DNA of 64,000 nucleotides. Source: Roseibacillus sp. GTDB taxonomy: Bacteria; Verrucomicrobiota; Verrucomicrobiia; Verrucomicrobiales; Akkermansiaceae. Each line of letters opens with the position of its first letter. Positions within the stretch are counted from its first letter, which is position 1. This document shows, in pieces, positions 35,019 to 43,894 of the stretch. Below the pieces are notes generated by a model that was given only the letters and a program-made list of their open reading frames with translations, had not been told where the DNA came from and did no database searches. A program made the translations under genes and the position numbers. The stretch spans positions 224,001-288,000 of the forward strand of contig JBPOGI010000004.1 of NCBI GenBank assembly GCA_051251855.1. Reading direction: 5' to 3'.

Positions 35019-37205
35019 ATGCAAAACGAACGCCCCGATTCCGATCTCATCCAGCGATGGATCGCGGGCACCCTGAATGCCGAGCAAGCCCGAGTGGTCG
35101 AATTCTACTTCGAGCAGCATCCCGAGGAACTTCCTGATCCCCTCGTCCCTCCCTTGCTCAAGGAAGCCGCCCACACTACCTCTCCCGAAGTGGGCGAACT
35201 CATCGAAACCCTTAAAAAACAGTTCACGAACCAAGCCTCGAACGCCGTCGGTATCACGAGCTGGGTCGACCTCCTCACTCCCTCCGACGAACCCGAGTTG
35301 CTCGGTCACTTGGGAGGCTTGGAAGTCCTCGAAGTCGTCGCCACTACCGCGATGGCCATAGTATTGAAAGCTCGCGACCCGAAGAACGACCGCCTCGTCG
35401 CCATCAAGATTCTCTCCCCCGTCTTCGCAACCCAAGACACCGCCCGCGAGCGCTTCCTCCGCGAAGCCAGTGCGATGGCCAGCCTGCAACACGAAAGCAT
35501 TCTCCCCGTCTATCAGGTACAAGCCGATGACATCCCCTGGTTCACGATGCGCTATGTCGAAGGCGGCACCTTACAAGATGCCCTCGACGCAAAAGAACCC
35601 TTTCTATCCACGCCCGAGTTCATCGAACGTCTCGCCACCAAGGTCGCTCAAGCCCTCGCACTCGCCCATCGCGAGGGGCTCATTCATCGCGACATCAAGC
35701 CCGCCAATATCCTCCTCAGTAGCGACCGCGCGCAAATCTGGTTGGCCGACTTCGGCATCGCCCGCGCCACCGACGACCCCAGCCTCACCCAAGGCCAAGC
35801 CCTCGCTGGCACCCCGCGCTACATGTCTCCCGAACAAGCCCACGGAGCGCCCCTCGATAGTCGGAGCGACATTTTTTCACTGGGCGCCGTTCTCTACCAT
35901 TGCGCCACCGGGCACCCTCCCTTTCCCGGTGAATCCAGCACCCAAGTCCTCCATCAAATTTCCACCACAGAACCGACTCCCCTCCCCAGCATCCGTCCCG
36001 GCCTCCCCACTTGGCTCTCCCAACTCATTCACGACTGCCTCCAGAAAAAACCCTCCCAACGCCCCGAGATTCTCACCGCACTGCGCGAACGCTCCGCCCG
36101 TCGAAAGCCCCTCCTCAAATCCATCGCCATCGCCGCAGCAGGCCTGATCGCACTGGGCCTCATTCTCACCGGCGTTCACTTCCTCACCAACGGATCCAAA
36201 AACAAACAACACCAAAAATCTAAAAAATCATCCCTTCAAAAAATCTTCGTCCCTGACACCGGAAAATACTACGCAGACCTCGCCCAAGCCATCCACGAAT
36301 CTCCCCCTAACTCCATCCTCGAATTGGACGGCACCTTCCTCATCCAAGAACGCATCATCACCGAGCCCGGCATCGGATTGCATCTGCGAGCGGCCCCTGG
36401 AACCCAGCCCCAAATCATCATTCGCGGAGCCCTCATTGGATTGGAAATCAACGGCAACACCACTCTCGAAGGAATCCACTTCAAGCACTATGGACTTCCA
36501 GGCGAAAAATCCATCCTCATCGCCCGCAATGCCGAGACCCTCACCGTCTCTGACTGCTCCTTCCTCAGCGATGCCAGAGCGGCCACCGACATCAAGCCCC
36601 TCTGGGCGCTCACCGCGCTCTCGATTGACAAAACCACAGTCGAGCGCTGCACCTTCCAAGGACAAACCATGGGAGCCATCGTGCTTTACGATGCCAAATA
36701 CACCCGCCCCTTCCGCAATGGCAACCTGACCCTCAAGCATTGCCTCTTCAACTGCTCTTGCGGCGTTCACCTCCGTGCCCGCAGCCCACAGTCAGAGTTC
36801 GATATCATAGCTGAAAAAATCATCTTCCGAGGCAACTACTTCCTCGCAGGATCCAGCCACAACGACTTCCGACCCACCCGGTTCACCCTACGCGACAGCC
36901 TCCTCGATGCCACCGAAGCAGTCATCTTCGACTACCAAGGAAACCTCCGAAATTCCAAGAAACAACTCGCCATCACCATCGAGAACAGCCTCTACGCCGG
37001 TCCCGAAGGAGCCCTCGTGGTCACCGGTGAGAAGGCGACCGTTGAGAGACTGCCAGCCATCGACGATGCCAAAGCACTCCTCTTTGGAAAAAAAGAACTG
37101 CTCCCCGGGAGTCTCCCCACCAATCTCACCCATCCCGCGATGGCGACCTTCGAGACCGCACCCCGGCCCAATCCGGACTTTCAGTTTCCGCGCAATCATC
37201 GATAG
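35019..37205 (+). CDS. Membrane-anchored Hanks-type Ser/Thr protein kinase with extracytoplasmic beta-helix-like domain
   Basis: VAIK, RERFLREA, HRDIKPANILL, DFG, GTPRYMSPEQ, SDIFSLG, TM helix; the Gly-rich loop is degenerate. Confidence 0.9.
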   Translation: MQNERPDSDLIQRWIAGTLNAEQARVVEFYFEQHPEELPDPLVPPLLKEAAHTTSPEVGELIETLKKQFTNQASNAVGITSWVDLLTPSDEPELLGHLGGLEVLEVVATTAMAIVLKARDPKNDRLVAIKILSPVFATQDTARERFLREASAMASLQHESILPVYQVQADDIPWFTMRYVEGGTLQDALDAKEPFLSTPEFIERLATKVAQALALAHREGLIHRDIKPANILLSSDRAQIWLADFGIARATDDPSLTQGQALAGTPRYMSPEQAHGAPLDSRSDIFSLGAVLYHCATGHPPFPGESSTQVLHQISTTEPTPLPSIRPGLPTWLSQLIHDCLQKKPSQRPEILTALRERSARRKPLLKSIAIAAAGLIALGLILTGVHFLTNGSKNKQHQKSKKSSLQKIFVPDTGKYYADLAQAIHESPPNSILELDGTFLIQERIITEPGIGLHLRAAPGTQPQIIIRGALIGLEINGNTTLEGIHFKHYGLPGEKSILIARNAETLTVSDCSFLSDARAATDIKPLWALTALSIDKTTVERCTFQGQTMGAIVLYDAKYTRPFRNGNLTLKHCLFNCSCGVHLRARSPQSEFDIIAEKIIFRGNYFLAGSSHNDFRPTRFTLRDSLLDATEAVIFDYQGNLRNSKKQLAITIENSLYAGPEGALVVTGEKATVERLPAIDDAKALLFGKKELLPGSLPTNLTHPAMATFETAPRPNPDFQFPRNHR

Positions 37206-37404
37206 CCTGACCCTCTCTTCCCCCATTTCCGCAGAAGCTTCTACTCCTCGATTTTAACAATCAAGACAACCGAATCAAAGAGAGACCACCAAGGAAACTC
37301 GCAACCTTGCTCCTCGCCCATAGAAAAAAAAGATGTAATCATTATTCGGTTTTGGATCTAAAGGGACCAGAACCCCCGCCCTAACAACGCACTCCTATCC
37401 TTCC

Positions 37405-40400
37405 ATGACTCCCTCTCACCTCAAACACATCACCGCCCGCAGCCTTCTCGTCTTTTTGGTCTCCTGCCTTAGTCTCAATGCGCAAATCTACGTGGACGCC
37501 TCCGCCACCGGGAGCAACAACGGCACCTCTTGGACGAATGCCTACAACAATCTCCAAGACGCTCTTGCGGCCGTGCCATCCTTCGGATCCAGCATTCTCG
37601 TGGCAGAAGGCGTCTACTACCCAGACGAGGGAGGGAGCACCACGAACAATGACTCATCCGCCCGTTTTAGCATTCCTGAAAACGCCATCCTCTTTGGTGG
37701 CTATCCGGCAGGAGGTGGGAGTGCAAGCACCCGCGACCCCTATCATAACCGCACGACCCTCTCGGGAGACATCACGCAGGACGATATCCCAGCAAAAAAA
37801 GGAAACCCCACTGAATTCGTAGGAACGAACTCACTAACTGTCGTTAGTATCACCTCAGGAAACCTGACCTCCCTAGATGGCTTTGAGATCCGAAATGGAG
37901 ACATAGGAATCAATTTTCACGGCTCGGCAGGGGCCGTTTGCGAGCGGACGATCGAGCAATGCTTCATCGTTAACAATTCCATTGGAGTGAGAATGACTTC
38001 ACTCCATAAGTCCTCATTTACGATTCCTCTCTTCATCAACTGTCAGTTCTCTGGAAATTCTGACGAGGCCGTCTTCGTGGATGGTGCCAAACCCTCGTTC
38101 TTGAATTGCACCTTCCAAGGAAACGCGTTTGCGATTTACGCTCTGAATGGAAACATTGGTGTCGCCCTCCCTAATACACAGATCAATAAAAGATCGAACC
38201 TCTCCTTTACCAATTGCATTTTTTGGAACAACTACCCTTTAGATAGTAGTTACCTCTTCGCAGAGGAAGGGAGTGACGGAATTTTTCTAGAGCCCCCTTT
38301 CGTCACGCCTGGTGGAGTGCAACATTTCCAAGCCCAAGCCTCATACACCAACTGCATGCGTCAGACCCCCACCGCAACCGTCTCACCCCAGTTTATCGAA
38401 GAACTCCAGAACGATGAAATCCCAAGCCACCGCGGTCTCCTTCGCCTGGGCCTCGACTCCGATTCGATCGACGCCGGGGTCGCCGCACCCGACGCGGGCA
38501 CTCTAGACTTGGCTGACAATCCTCGTGTTCGCGGAGCGTCTATCGACCAAGGCTGCTTTGAACACCGTGGCTATATTTACGTCGATCAAGCTGCAGGCCC
38601 AGGCGGCAACGGAGCTTCGTGGGCAAGTTCCTTCCAAACCCTCGAAGCGGCCCTCATTGTGAGCGCGCGCGGCCAGCACATCTTGCTCGCGAAGGGAGAC
38701 TATTACCCGGATGAGACAGACAAGCGCTCGGACACCTTCACTATAGACGACATCTTTCTCTATGGCGGCTACCCAGCCGGAGGTGGCCTGCCTAAAGAAC
38801 GGGACCCAAATTTTCACAAAACCACTCTCTCCGGCGACCTCTTGCAAAACGGAAACACCATCAGCGACGACTCCCACCATGTCGTCACCATTCCTCAAAA
38901 ATCCTTCGGCGTGATTGACGGGGTCACCATCATTCGCGGAAACACCGAGGGCGCGACCGATAAGAGAGGCGCAGCCATCTACGCTCCCAGTGAAGCCCAG
39001 CTTTTTCTCCGTAACTCCTCTCTGCTCCAAAACACCTCCACGACGAATGCTGGAGGAATCTACCTTGGAAGCAATAGTGCCGCCAGCATTGAGAATTGCC
39101 TTTTCAATGAGAACAACGCCGCTGGCAAGGGCGGCGGCATCTACGCCTCTTCCTCGGCGGTCCATCTGAGCAACACCACCTTCGACGACAACGCCGCCTT
39201 CCGAGGTGGAGCTATCTATGGCCTCTCCACCTCTGGAGAATGGAACGAGTCACTCTTCGATGGCAACAATGCCAGCGACTCCGGCGGGGCAGCTTATCTC
39301 ATCACCTCCTTACCCGGCCACCGGGTCACCTCGACCACCTTTCGCGACAACGCCGCAGCATCCCAAGACGGGGGCGCTCTGTTAGAGAGCGGGCAACCCT
39401 CCTCGTTCGAAGGCTGTCTTTTCGAGGGAAACAGTGCTGGCGATGATGGCGGCGCGGTCTCCACCAGCAGCGCAGGAAGCGTATTTGAGAATTGTCGCTT
39501 CAAAGGAAATGCAGCCAATGACAATGGAGGCGGTCTGTGGATATTAGCAGCCTCACCTGACATCATTCATTGTGGCTTCCACGGGAACTCCGCAGGTGGA
39601 GACGGTGGCGGGTTTGCTATGAGCTTCAATAGCCAACCCGAGGTGAGCGGCACTTGGATTTGGCAAAATTCCGCCAGCGGAGTCACCAATACCCTTTCCG
39701 CCTCGGCCTTCATTCCTCCCCGAACTGCGGCCACCTTTATCGACTTTATCGACGAGACGAGCTACCTGCATAATTTTCCAGAAGCCCCTCTCCTCTTCGA
39801 CGGTATGAATGGTCCAACGATCCAAGTAGCCAGCGAACTCGATCCCCTCGCCTCCCCCCAGACGGGCGGCGACCTCCACCTCGTCTACCCTTCTCCCAGC
39901 GTCGCCAATTCCGATCCGCTCTTACTAGGACCTGATTTGGCCCAAAAGTTCATCATCGGCGCTGGGGATGTGAGCGGTCTTCGTGCAGCTCTCGCCATCG
40001 CCGAGCCCTTCGACGTCGTTTACCTACCTGCAGGAAACTACGATCTGCTGAATGAAAGTCTCGTCGTCCGGCCTGGCACCCAACTGGGGTCCTCTTCTGC
40101 AAAAATTCCCAGCACTCAGATTGGTGACGATCCCACCGACGTCACTCCCACACAACCTCTAGTCAGAAGACAAGGAACCACCAGGCTTCGGCCCTACCTC
40201 TTCACGACGGGAGATTTCGCCTCGAGAGCACAAACACTCCTCTCACTGCAAGGAAGTGCCACCCTCTTTAACTTGGACATTGGAACCGGGCGAGCCAGCG
40301 AACCTGCCTCTCTCGCCGGTCTAGGGTCAGCGATCCGCACGGTAAGTCTCGGCGAGGTCAAGATACACGATAGCGAACTGTTAGGCGGCGTTCACACCGG

Positions 40401-42864
40401 AGGAAGCGATCTCTCCCTTTACCGAGCCCGAGTCAGCTCTAATTCCTTTTCCAGTGCGAGTATCTCAGGCAGCAATGCCGATATTTCACTAGAAGACACC
40501 TGCTTCCACCGCTCCAGAGGAATACAGATCACCAATGGCTCTCTCACTGCCGTGAACACCGAATTCGGTGGTCTGCGTGACGGAGCCATCATCGCGGACT
40601 TCTCGACCGTCTCTCTCGTCAATTGCGGATTCACCCGCTCGCGCTCTAGCAATGAGGACCATGACATCCAGATTCTGAACAACTCGATTCTCACTGCCAC
40701 CAACTCGTTCGCTTGGGGATACGACCCCAACAACAATTTCGACCTCGATTGGATCGAAATCGATAGCAGCTCCGGCGCGACCTTTTCCCACTGCCTCATC
40801 CAAGGGATGAATCCTGCCGGAACTGGCAATCTCAATGGCAATTTAACCGCCAACGACCCCCTTCTGGTGCGCTTCGATACCGCTACCGACTTACTCGGAT
40901 CTCCGCCCCTCGAACGAGCCCTTCCTAGCCACTTGTCAAACTGCATCGATGCTGGGCTCAGCACTGCCAACACAACGACAAAAGACCTCAACAACTCCCT
41001 TCGCATTCGCGGCAGTAGCATCGACATCGGTCCCCACGAGCACCACCGCATCTATGTTGATGAAACGGCAATCCTCGCCGAAACTGGCGACAATTGGGCC
41101 AACGCCCTTCGCGATCTCCCCGCCGACCTCACTGCTATCCGGGGAGCCACCTCCATCTACGTGGCCAAGGGAAACTATTCGCAAGCAATCCTCGCCCCCG
41201 CCGGCTTGCAACTCTTCGGTGGCTTCCCCAAGGCAGGTTCTACCTTCGCCCTGCGTCAACCAAAGGTACACGAAACCCTTCTCATGGGCGGCATCGAGAA
41301 CTACAATCGCTTTCTCGACAGCGGATCCGTCGAATCATTCACCGGCCGCCCCACCAACGATGTCCCCGGAGTCCTAGACGGCTTCATCATCGAAGACTCC
41401 GTCGATTCCAACTCAGTAATCATCCTCGGAAACATCCACCTCGTGGAGAATTGTATCTTCCGGAACAACGCCAGCACCAGCACCACATTCGGCGGATATC
41501 AACCGGGAGGCTCTTCACTCCGTATTCCAGCAGGAACCTTCTCGAACGTGCGCAATTGTCGCTTCGAAGGAAACACTGCCGCCGCTTGGGGAGGAGCGGT
41601 TCTCGTGTTTGGACAAGAGCAAACTTCTGGCATTGGAGGCTCCGGTTTTCACTATTTTGAGAATTGCCTCTTCCTCTCTAACAGCGCCGGTTTTGGAGGC
41701 GCGGTCATGTTTCATAGTGACAGTGGCAGCTACAGTGCCATCCCTGCAAGATTCCCCACCATGTTCTTTCAATTCGAAGACTGCGCTTTCAAAGGGAATA
41801 GCGCCACCAGCGAAGGTGGAGCCGTCTATATCGGAGCCGGGGCCTATGGCGAATTCCGCGATTGCGTGATGCAAGGCAATCGATCCGACCTCTTCGGCGG
41901 TGCCATCGGGCGGAATATTGGCTTAACCGATGCGGGACAATTTCGCTCCACGGTCGACTTCACGAACTGCACGATACAAGGCAACTTCGCGGCGGTACTG
42001 GGCGGCGGCGTTGATGGCGTTGCGGACTACATCAACACTGTCCTCTGGGGAAATCGCGCTGCGGAAGGAAATAATAATTTCACTGAGCCTATCCCATCGT
42101 TCGGACTCCTCAACAGCTTCGAAAACTGCTTGGTCGATGGCATCAATCTCGAGGAAGAACCCACCGCAACAGCTTCATGGACCGGTAACCTCGACGGCAC
42201 GGATTCGGCTAACAATCCTCGCTTCCGAGTCGAAATCTCAGCTGCCGAAGCACCCACTCTGCGCGGCGACCTGAGGTTAACGACGAGTTCTCCCCTGCTG
42301 CATGCGGGCACCCTTCCCTTCGCTAGCTTTATAGCCTCGAATCCTGTGGATGCCGCTGGTAACTCCCGCCTCCAAGGCCCTGCCATTGCCCTCGGTGCCT
42401 ACGAAACTCCTGTTGCCCCCTTCTACACTCCTACCGAAACCGCGGTCTGGGAAAGCGACCTCGATGGCGACGGAACCTCTCACGGAGCAGAACTCCTCCT
42501 CGGGACTGACCCCAATATCGCAGACCCTTGTCACCCCAACGCCTTCACCCTGGTCAGCGCCGGAAAATCTCCTGGAACCTTGGCCACCAGGTTCGCAAAC
42601 TTCACCCTCGGCGTCAGTCCCACCGCCCCCGCCAATAGCCATTGGGTGGTCACCCGTAGCCTCACCTTGGAACCCGGGAGCTTCCAAGACCTCCTACTCT
42701 ATGATGGCACCGATCTGATTGAGGCCAACCCCTTCGGCCCCGTCAATTCTTCCTCTAACCTCTCCAGCGGCCTCATCAACCTCAACTCCAACACAATCGA
42801 CGTTCCCAAAGTCTTCTACCGCTTCGAGGCGCGCCGAGCACCCGAGGTCAGCTATCCACAGTAG
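37405..42864 (+). CDS. Very large secreted parallel beta-helix repeat protein (Pmp-like GGA/FxxN motifs, choice-of-anchor Q-like segments)
   Basis: Signal peptide; three IYVD...G..W..A modules; many F.(G/N)N.A..GGA motifs; IDAG..DL..N.R..G..ID.G..E segments; C-terminal DLDGDG..ELLLGTDP..VFYRFE. Confidence 0.85.
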   Translation: MTPSHLKHITARSLLVFLVSCLSLNAQIYVDASATGSNNGTSWTNAYNNLQDALAAVPSFGSSILVAEGVYYPDEGGSTTNNDSSARFSIPENAILFGGYPAGGGSASTRDPYHNRTTLSGDITQDDIPAKKGNPTEFVGTNSLTVVSITSGNLTSLDGFEIRNGDIGINFHGSAGAVCERTIEQCFIVNNSIGVRMTSLHKSSFTIPLFINCQFSGNSDEAVFVDGAKPSFLNCTFQGNAFAIYALNGNIGVALPNTQINKRSNLSFTNCIFWNNYPLDSSYLFAEEGSDGIFLEPPFVTPGGVQHFQAQASYTNCMRQTPTATVSPQFIEELQNDEIPSHRGLLRLGLDSDSIDAGVAAPDAGTLDLADNPRVRGASIDQGCFEHRGYIYVDQAAGPGGNGASWASSFQTLEAALIVSARGQHILLAKGDYYPDETDKRSDTFTIDDIFLYGGYPAGGGLPKERDPNFHKTTLSGDLLQNGNTISDDSHHVVTIPQKSFGVIDGVTIIRGNTEGATDKRGAAIYAPSEAQLFLRNSSLLQNTSTTNAGGIYLGSNSAASIENCLFNENNAAGKGGGIYASSSAVHLSNTTFDDNAAFRGGAIYGLSTSGEWNESLFDGNNASDSGGAAYLITSLPGHRVTSTTFRDNAAASQDGGALLESGQPSSFEGCLFEGNSAGDDGGAVSTSSAGSVFENCRFKGNAANDNGGGLWILAASPDIIHCGFHGNSAGGDGGGFAMSFNSQPEVSGTWIWQNSASGVTNTLSASAFIPPRTAATFIDFIDETSYLHNFPEAPLLFDGMNGPTIQVASELDPLASPQTGGDLHLVYPSPSVANSDPLLLGPDLAQKFIIGAGDVSGLRAALAIAEPFDVVYLPAGNYDLLNESLVVRPGTQLGSSSAKIPSTQIGDDPTDVTPTQPLVRRQGTTRLRPYLFTTGDFASRAQTLLSLQGSATLFNLDIGTGRASEPASLAGLGSAIRTVSLGEVKIHDSELLGGVHTGGSDLSLYRARVSSNSFSSASISGSNADISLEDTCFHRSRGIQITNGSLTAVNTEFGGLRDGAIIADFSTVSLVNCGFTRSRSSNEDHDIQILNNSILTATNSFAWGYDPNNNFDLDWIEIDSSSGATFSHCLIQGMNPAGTGNLNGNLTANDPLLVRFDTATDLLGSPPLERALPSHLSNCIDAGLSTANTTTKDLNNSLRIRGSSIDIGPHEHHRIYVDETAILAETGDNWANALRDLPADLTAIRGATSIYVAKGNYSQAILAPAGLQLFGGFPKAGSTFALRQPKVHETLLMGGIENYNRFLDSGSVESFTGRPTNDVPGVLDGFIIEDSVDSNSVIILGNIHLVENCIFRNNASTSTTFGGYQPGGSSLRIPAGTFSNVRNCRFEGNTAAAWGGAVLVFGQEQTSGIGGSGFHYFENCLFLSNSAGFGGAVMFHSDSGSYSAIPARFPTMFFQFEDCAFKGNSATSEGGAVYIGAGAYGEFRDCVMQGNRSDLFGGAIGRNIGLTDAGQFRSTVDFTNCTIQGNFAAVLGGGVDGVADYINTVLWGNRAAEGNNNFTEPIPSFGLLNSFENCLVDGINLEEEPTATASWTGNLDGTDSANNPRFRVEISAAEAPTLRGDLRLTTSSPLLHAGTLPFASFIASNPVDAAGNSRLQGPAIALGAYETPVAPFYTPTETAVWESDLDGDGTSHGAELLLGTDPNIADPCHPNAFTLVSAGKSPGTLATRFANFTLGVSPTAPANSHWVVTRSLTLEPGSFQDLLLYDGTDLIEANPFGPVNSSSNLSSGLINLNSNTIDVPKVFYRFEARRAPEVSYPQ

Positions 42865-42903
42865 AATGCGCTAACAGAAGCCCATCGCTTGGAGCGTCAC
42901 ACC

Positions 42904-43386
42904 CTACTGGTCCTTTTCAGACTGCGCCGCGACCTTCAGAAAACCTAAAATCCCGCCAATCGAAGCCTCTAACTGCTGCGCCACGTCCTCGTAGGCCCGG
43001 CGACCACAGCCAATCGGATCGCTGATGTCTCCGCCCACTTGGCCATCGATTTCCGCAAACTCAGTCACGAGAAAGAGTTTGTCCTGATGCTCCGGAAACA
43101 TCTGCTGGAGAATATGAAGATGCCCACTCGTCAGGCAAAAAACGTGAGAAGCTTCCTCCAAAATATCCTCATCAACCATCCGACTGGCGAAGCCGTCGAT
43201 AGGAGCCTCTTTCTCAGCGAGAATCGCGAGAGTCTCAGGACTGGCCGCTGATCCTCCATAAGCCGACACCCCTGCCGACGACACCTGATAGCCCTTCCCT
43301 TCCGAAGCCTTGCGAAAGAGACCCTCGGCCATGGGACTGCGACAGGTATTTCCTGTGCAGACAAAGAGAACATTCACATCAGCCAT
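42904..43386 (-). CDS. Low molecular weight protein phosphatase, YwlE-like (putative arginine phosphatase)
   Basis: VLFVCTGNTCRSPMAE and DISDPIG; ATG 43386. Confidence 0.88.
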   Translation of the reverse strand: MADVNVLFVCTGNTCRSPMAEGLFRKASEGKGYQVSSAGVSAYGGSAASPETLAILAEKEAPIDGFASRMVDEDILEEASHVFCLTSGHLHILQQMFPEHQDKLFLVTEFAEIDGQVGGDISDPIGCGRRAYEDVAQQLEASIGGILGFLKVAAQSEKDQ

Positions 43387-43495
43387 CGAGAGAATATTCA
43401 CCGAAAACCGCCTCAGGCCAAACCCTTTTCTTGCCGAGCTCGTTGATTGAATCACGGTCCCCACCCCGTAGTCTTTGAGCAGAAATCACCCTCCT

Positions 43496-43894
43496 ATGAA
43501 AATCGCCAAAATCATTTTCTCCCTCCTTTTCCTGCTCGCGATGTATTGGCAGTTCAACGATGCCGAGCAATACGGCAATCACGACGCCTGGTTCTGGATT
43601 TTCTTCTACCTCGCCGCTGCCCTTCTCACTGCCGCCATGGTCAAATGGCAGCAACCCAAATGGCTCCTCCCCGCCATTGTCGGATTTTGCCTCGGTTCGG
43701 CACTTTTCCGAATGCAGGACGAAGTGGGCAACTTCGACTTTACCACCATTGTTCGCGCCACTCCCGTTCCCTCGCAAATGAACGCCACGACCCAAAAGCC
43801 CAACGAGGTCGATGCTCTGTTACTGGTCGGAATTTGGTTTGGAGTGGTCGCCGTCTTGGAACGCAAGAAAGGAAGCTACAAAGGTAAATCGTAA
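43496..43894 (+). CDS. Transmembrane 220-like membrane protein
   Basis: Four hydrophobic segments; QFND...WFWIFFY; E..ALLLV; overlaps the purF 3' end by 19 nt. Confidence 0.6.
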   Translation: MKIAKIIFSLLFLLAMYWQFNDAEQYGNHDAWFWIFFYLAAALLTAAMVKWQQPKWLLPAIVGFCLGSALFRMQDEVGNFDFTTIVRATPVPSQMNATTQKPNEVDALLLVGIWFGVVAVLERKKGSYKGKS

